Below are positions 59,465 to 64,000 of a DNA stretch of 64,000 nt, one piece after another. Numbering within the stretch: the first letter of the stretch is position 1; every line of letters starts with the position of its first letter. Under the pieces are notes generated by a model, which was not told the origin of the DNA, made no database searches, and was given only the letters and a program-made list of their open reading frames with translations. Made by a program: the position numbers and the translations under genes. This stretch comes from an uncultured Acidobacteriota bacterium. GTDB taxonomy: Bacteria > Acidobacteriota > Terriglobia > UBA7540. The stretch is taken from the NCBI GenBank assembly GCA_963804995.1, contig CAWDSK010000009.1, positions 288,001 through 352,000 of the forward strand. The letters are read 5' to 3'.

Positions 59465-61579
59465 CTACTCCAACTTCTTGCGGCCCACGGCGAAGAGCGC
59501 CGCTGCCATCGCGAGGAAAATCAGCAGGCCGAAGGCGCTCGAGTTCGCGAGCCTGGGCCAAAGCCTGAGCCCGATAGCAGCTTTTTGATCGACTTCGAAT
59601 CCTACCAGCGCAGCAAGAATCAGGCCGCCGATGGAGCCTCCGGCAATCAGCCCGGCCGCGAACAAGGCGCCGCTTGAAACTTCACCTTCCTGGCGCTTCG
59701 TGACGACCTGAAGCAGCCAATTCACCACGCCGCCTGCGAAGATCGGCGCGGTCGTGGAAATGGGCAAGTAGGAGCCGACCGCAAAAGCCAGAGATCGCAC
59801 CCCGCAAAGCTCCAGGGTTACCACGATAAAAACGCCGAGTAATACCAGTCCCCAGGGGAGGCTTTGGCGCAGGATGCCATTGATTACCGTGCTCATCAAC
59901 AGGGCCTGCGGCGCGGGCAAGCGCTCTGACCCGATGCCTTCGCGACGCTGATACCGGATGCTCTGCGCGGCGGGGTCGTAGAAGTAGCGGCCGTCCGGAA
60001 TCCGGTGCGACCCGATGACGTTGATCAGTTGGTAGTTCTTGCCGTCCTCGCCGGTGACCTCACCCACAACTTTCATTTCTGAGGTGAAGGGGACGTTCTC
60101 AACCACCAGTGGCTGGACACGCGTGTAGGCACGGTTGAGCAATACCAGCGTGAAGCCCACCACCAGGACGGAAGTGAGCGCGCCCACAATCATGGCGATT
60201 TCCGCGCGGCGCGGTGTTGCGCCCACCAGGAATCCCGTCTTCAGCGATTGCGAAGTGGCTCCTCCTACGGCCGCGGCAATACACACGATGCCGCCGATGG
60301 AGAGCGCCACGGCGGGATAAGCGCCGGACGTCCAACCGACGGCAACAAAGAGCAGAGCCGTCAGCATCAAGGTCGCTATGGTCATACCCGAAATGGGATT
60401 GGCGGAGGCTCCGATCAGGCCGACGATCCGCGCCGACACGGTGACAAAGAGGAAACCGAAAATCACCACCAGAATCGCAGCGATCAGGTTCCCGCCCAGA
60501 TGCCCGGGATTGATACGCAGGGCAATCAGGCCCCAGACCACCAGCACCAGTAAAAACGAGCCACCAAAAATTACAGTGCCCGGCAGTTCTTCTTCGGTGC
60601 GGATGGCGGCAGGCCGCTCACCCTTCTCTTGTCTTAACTGGCGGATCGAAGTCCGCAGTGCCCGCACAATCGTCGGCACGGTGCGGCCGAGGGTGAAGAG
60701 TCCGGCAGTAGCCACGGCGCCCGCGCCAATGGGTTTGATGTAGGCGGCCCATACCGCGAATGCGTCCATGTCGTGGATGGGAATCGTGCCGGGGAAAATT
60801 GCTCCGGGCAGGCCGCCACCGAAGAATTTGATCATGGGGATGATCACGAGCCACGAGAGCACACCGCCCCCGAAGATCATTCCCGCGGTGCGTGGTCCGA
60901 TGATGTAACCGACACCCAGGTACTCAGGCGTCACCGAGCCTGCCAGCGTGGCCCCGGGGAACCACCCCGGTTGATAGATGGGTTGAGGCTGCCAGAAGCG
61001 TCCGGCCTCGTTGAGCAGCTTATAAGCCAGACCGAGGCCGAAGCCGCCAAACACCTTGCCGGCAAAACTGCCGCCCTTTTCGCCGGCGATAAGGACGTTG
61101 GCGCAGGCCGTGCCTTCAGGATAAGTCAGCGCTCCGTGCTCCACCACGTTCAACTGATGCCGCAACGGGATCATGAAGAGGATGCCGAGCAGTGCCCCCA
61201 CCAGCGCCAACACCAACACGCGCGGAATCTCCGGCAAATCGAGGGAGTAACCCAAAAAAATCAGGGCGGGCAGGGTGAAGACGACACCCGCCGCAATCGA
61301 TTCACCGGCGGAGCCCGCCGTCTGCACGATGTTATTTTCGAGGATGGTGGACTTGCCGATCCACTTGAAGATGCTGATAGAGAGCACCGCGACGGGAATC
61401 GAGGCGCTGACCGTCAACCCCGCCGTCAGGGCAAGGTAAACCGTGACCGCGCCGAAAACCACTCCCAGCAAGGCGCCCAGGATGATGGCTCGCGCGGTTA
61501 ATTCGGGGATTATAACTTCAGGGGGAATGTAGGGACGGAACGTGATTCCCTGTGGTTTATCGGAGGATTCAGCAGCCAT
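59465..61579 (-). CDS. OPT-family oligopeptide transporter
   Basis: ELTARA, ENNIVQT.GSAG, YPEGTACA, NPISGMTI, LKTG.LVGATP, LPAPQA; AGGAG RBS before ATG 61579. Confidence 0.95.
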   Translation of the reverse strand: MAAESSDKPQGITFRPYIPPEVIIPELTARAIILGALLGVVFGAVTVYLALTAGLTVSASIPVAVLSISIFKWIGKSTILENNIVQTAGSAGESIAAGVVFTLPALIFLGYSLDLPEIPRVLVLALVGALLGILFMIPLRHQLNVVEHGALTYPEGTACANVLIAGEKGGSFAGKVFGGFGLGLAYKLLNEAGRFWQPQPIYQPGWFPGATLAGSVTPEYLGVGYIIGPRTAGMIFGGGVLSWLVIIPMIKFFGGGLPGAIFPGTIPIHDMDAFAVWAAYIKPIGAGAVATAGLFTLGRTVPTIVRALRTSIRQLRQEKGERPAAIRTEEELPGTVIFGGSFLLVLVVWGLIALRINPGHLGGNLIAAILVVIFGFLFVTVSARIVGLIGASANPISGMTIATLMLTALLFVAVGWTSGAYPAVALSIGGIVCIAAAVGGATSQSLKTGFLVGATPRRAEIAMIVGALTSVLVVGFTLVLLNRAYTRVQPLVVENVPFTSEMKVVGEVTGEDGKNYQLINVIGSHRIPDGRYFYDPAAQSIRYQRREGIGSERLPAPQALLMSTVINGILRQSLPWGLVLLGVFIVVTLELCGVRSLAFAVGSYLPISTTAPIFAGGVVNWLLQVVTKRQEGEVSSGALFAAGLIAGGSIGGLILAALVGFEVDQKAAIGLRLWPRLANSSAFGLLIFLAMAAALFAVGRKKLE

Positions 61580-61694
61580 GTTAGTCTCCTGGAGGAGTAA
61601 CCGAATCCAAAGCTCTGCACTTTGTCGTGACATGCCTCGGGCGGAGCATCAACCAGCCGCCGTTCAGAGGACCTGTCTTCTCTCACCTTCCTGG

Positions 61695-62144
61695 TCAGCC
61701 ACCCAGCTTGGCCCGAACTTTTTCACTCACGCGTTTGCCGTCAGCATTCTTTCCCGCCAGCTTTGCCATGGCCGCCTTCATGACCTTACCCATGTCTTTC
61801 GCAGTACTGGCGCCGGTTTCGGCGATGGCAGCCCCCACGGCCGCATCGATATCATCATCACTGACGGCGGCGGGGAGGTAGGCTTCCACAATCTTGATCT
61901 CAGCTTCTTCTTTATCCGCTAGGTTGTCTCTGCCGCCTTTGCGAAAAGCCTCAACCGACTCATGGCGTTGCTTCGCCAAAGTGCGCAGAACTGCCAGCGC
62001 TTCCGGGTCCTCGAGAGCTTTGCCCAGCTCGACTTTCTTATTCATCAGAGCGGCTTTTACCATGCGCAGCACGGAAAGCTTCAGGGCCTCCTGCGCCTTC
62101 ATGGCCGCCACCAGATCCTTCTCAATCTTTTCAGCGAGTGACAT
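61695..62144 (-). CDS. GatB/YqeY domain protein
   Basis: DLVAAMKA, KQRHES..F..GGR.L..KE, YLP, KDMGKVM. Confidence 0.95.
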   Translation of the reverse strand: MSLAEKIEKDLVAAMKAQEALKLSVLRMVKAALMNKKVELGKALEDPEALAVLRTLAKQRHESVEAFRKGGRDNLADKEEAEIKIVEAYLPAAVSDDDIDAAVGAAIAETGASTAKDMGKVMKAAMAKLAGKNADGKRVSEKVRAKLGG

Positions 62145-62245
62145 CGTAAATTATCCTTTGCGAAATTCTCCGCGACTATACCACAAAGCACTCGCAGTGA
62201 AACCTGGCTTCAGGCGAGAGTTGGAGTTCGCTGACCGCAGTCTGC

Positions 62246-62336
62246 GGTAGTGACGCATTTTGAGGTGCCACGGACGTTCCCGCCCGTGTCCGGTCACGGC
62301 CAAGATGGCCGTGCCACCTCAAAATGCGTCACTACC
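62246..62336. mobile_element. 91-bp MITE with perfect 22-bp TIRs and 8-bp TSD
   Basis: ggtagtgacgcattttgaggtg / cacctcaaaatgcgtcactacc; CAGTCTGC at 62238-62245 and 62337-62344. Confidence 0.88.
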
Positions 62337-62432
62337 CAGTCTGCGACAGGATTGACAGGAGGGGGTGCCCGTGCAAAACTATAGCTTGCCTGGAAGGATA
62401 AGGTTAACTCCCCCCGGCAAAGCACACAGTGT

Positions 62433-62509
62433 GCGCCCGTAGCTCAGCTGGATAGAGCACTTGCCTACGAAGCAAGGGGTCGGGTGTTCGAATCACCCCG
62501 GGCGCACCA
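62433..62509 (+). tRNA. tRNA-Arg(ACG)
   Basis: Acceptor GCGCCCG/CGGGCGC+ACCA, D-arm gctcagctggatagagc, anticodon arm cttgc-ctACGaa-gcaag, T-loop ttcgaat. Confidence 0.97.
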
Positions 62510-62523
62510 TTCTTTTCAATGAT

Positions 62524-62730
62524 TTAGCTCGATAAGACTCCCTCAGAAAAGGCCTTTGTGACGTGGTTTGTGACATAACCACCCGGAAACTGGTCTGTTT
62601 TCGTGGTCATGCGGGCTTCCACGGCTGCACGGCGGGCCGCAAGTTGAGGGTGGGAGTAATGACGGGTCGTGGCGGGGTCAACGTGTCCCGCAACCTCACG
62701 AATGACGCCGGGAAGCTTGGCAAACACTCT
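62524..62730 (-). pseudogene. C-terminal relic of a tyrosine integrase
   Basis: IREVAGHVDPATTRHYSH matches the GH...T..Y.H catalytic tail; adjacent to the tRNA 3' end. Confidence 0.65.
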
Positions 62731-62784
62731 GAGGCGGCGAAGATTGAAAAGTTGTAGAATAGGGTGCAATTAGAGGAGGCCTCT

Positions 62785-63285
62785 ATGAAAGCCCCAAGGC
62801 GAGGCACTATGAAACGGATTTCGTCGGCCTTGGTGGTGTTGTTCTTTGCAAGTGCGGCACTGCCGAAGGAAAACCCACGCATCACTATTCAAGTCGTTGG
62901 ATCGCAGACGAACGAACGACGGTACACCAACACCACACCGGGACCTGTCATAACATCCCAAACGACCTGCAGCCCCAACCGGAATGGCTCCGTTACCGGC
63001 CCCATCATTGATCCCGCCAGCACCACGCTCTGTGCTACCACATCCCAGACCGGCGCCCCGCCGGTGACCCTTGTAAATTCCATAAAGGAAGAACATGTGC
63101 GAGCGATTATGCCCGACGGGGCGCACGTAACGCTATGGTGCGAAGGGGGCGTCCGTAGGTGCGACTCGCTGCGACCGGGGAACTACTCCGCTGAAGTCAA
63201 AGGCAACACGGTCTGGATGTACCCTCACGATCCGTCGGGTAAGGAGCACAAAATTAAGTACAAGGCGTTGCGTGGTGATTGGTGA
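62785..63285 (+). CDS. Hypothetical secreted protein
   Basis: GAGGAGG RBS, signal peptide, Thr-rich, 4 Cys. Confidence 0.7.
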   Translation: MKAPRRGTMKRISSALVVLFFASAALPKENPRITIQVVGSQTNERRYTNTTPGPVITSQTTCSPNRNGSVTGPIIDPASTTLCATTSQTGAPPVTLVNSIKEEHVRAIMPDGAHVTLWCEGGVRRCDSLRPGNYSAEVKGNTVWMYPHDPSGKEHKIKYKALRGDW

Positions 63286-63431
63286 TACGGAGTCTTGCCA
63301 GAATGGCCCCGCCGTTGTGCGCAATTGGCCCAGTTTCAATAACTTAGTAAATCTGGTTCGCCGCAAGAGTAGTTGCGTGGATTTCAAAGGGTCTCAAGCC
63401 AATCACCCTTGGTTCCCTCCAGCGGCTCCTC

Positions 63432-64000
63432 TTAGTTGCTGCTCAGGATGACGGCTCTTGCCAGGTTTCGTGGGCTGTCAATGTCGTACCCCTTTTTCAG
63501 GCCGGTGTAGAAACCCAACAACTGGCAGGTTACGAGGTAGCCGGCGGCCCGGACAGATTCGGGGGCGTCCAGGTTGAGCTCCACCAGGAAATCCGCGTTT
63601 TCCCGGGTGGCGGCATCTGCCTGGTTCGTGATGACGAGCGTCGTGGCGCCGAGACCTTTAATTTCCTCCAGAACTTTCCGCTCCTCCTCGTATGCTGACT
63701 CCGAGAGAAGAAATGTGACGAGGATCTCCGGACCTGAAATCGCTTTCGGGCCGTGGCGAAACTCCAGGGTATGGAAGACCTGCGCGTAGGAACAGGACAT
63801 CTCCTTGATCTTGAGTTGGCCTTCGGAGGCAATGCCGAATAACGGTCCCTGGCCGAGGAAGACATAGTCTGCAAAGGTCCGGACTTGCACGAACCCACGG
63901 ATTCTCTGATCCACTGAATCAAGAACACTCTGCACGCCTTGGGGAAGCCTGCGTAGCCCGTTGGCAACGTCTTTCCGGTCGGCAACCAACGCCGCCAGCG
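63432..64000 (-). CDS. SIS-domain sugar-phosphate isomerase/deaminase (GlmS/AgaS-like), 3' part
   Basis: FLGQG, EGQLKIKEM, EFRHGPK, D.DSPRNLARAV; runs off window end. Confidence 0.88.
   Translation of the reverse strand, partial: LAALVADRKDVANGLRRLPQGVQSVLDSVDQRIRGFVQVRTFADYVFLGQGPLFGIASEGQLKIKEMSCSYAQVFHTLEFRHGPKAISGPEILVTFLLSESAYEEERKVLEEIKGLGATTLVITNQADAATRENADFLVELNLDAPESVRAAGYLVTCQLLGFYTGLKKGYDIDSPRNLARAVILSSN

Overview
Bacterial chromosomal window, about 60% GC by eye. Gene content suggests Acidobacteriota/Terriglobia (inference from the acidobacterial-type VWA protein, Oar-like TonB receptor, ASPIC/UnbV and TMTC-like proteins). Core and housekeeping genes include a cobalamin riboswitch with a BtuB-like receptor, purH, selA, efp, a RhaT-like transporter, pcm, a ThiF/MoeB protein, an OPT transporter, YqeY and tRNA-Arg(ACG). 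An accessory patch at about 22.5-32.2 kb holds a non-coding repeat array, toxin-antitoxin genes and relics, SnoaL/NTF2 proteins and an intact IS1595. REP-like palindromes, MITEs and heptamer microsatellites are abundant throughout. Best candidates for undescribed biology: (1) a three-gene minus-strand unit at 4.5-6.0 kb encoding a secreted precursor with three copies of IGTTPMPLPPP that differ only at synonymous sites, a 7-TM membrane protein and a membrane-anchored helical partner, resembling a peptide-signal/receptor system; (2) a self-contained ~230-nt transcription unit at 49.5-49.7 kb with a 17-nt complement of the conserved 16S rRNA 3' tail, a 13-codon ORF, a structured 3' region and a terminator; (3) a 1.35-kb array of a conserved ~55-bp unit whose spacers are built from REPs and microsatellites; (4) a ~75-nt sRNA candidate at 35.5 kb. 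Five single-base frameshifts in four genes suggest long-read assembly errors. Family assignments come from motif recognition by eye; no database searches were run.
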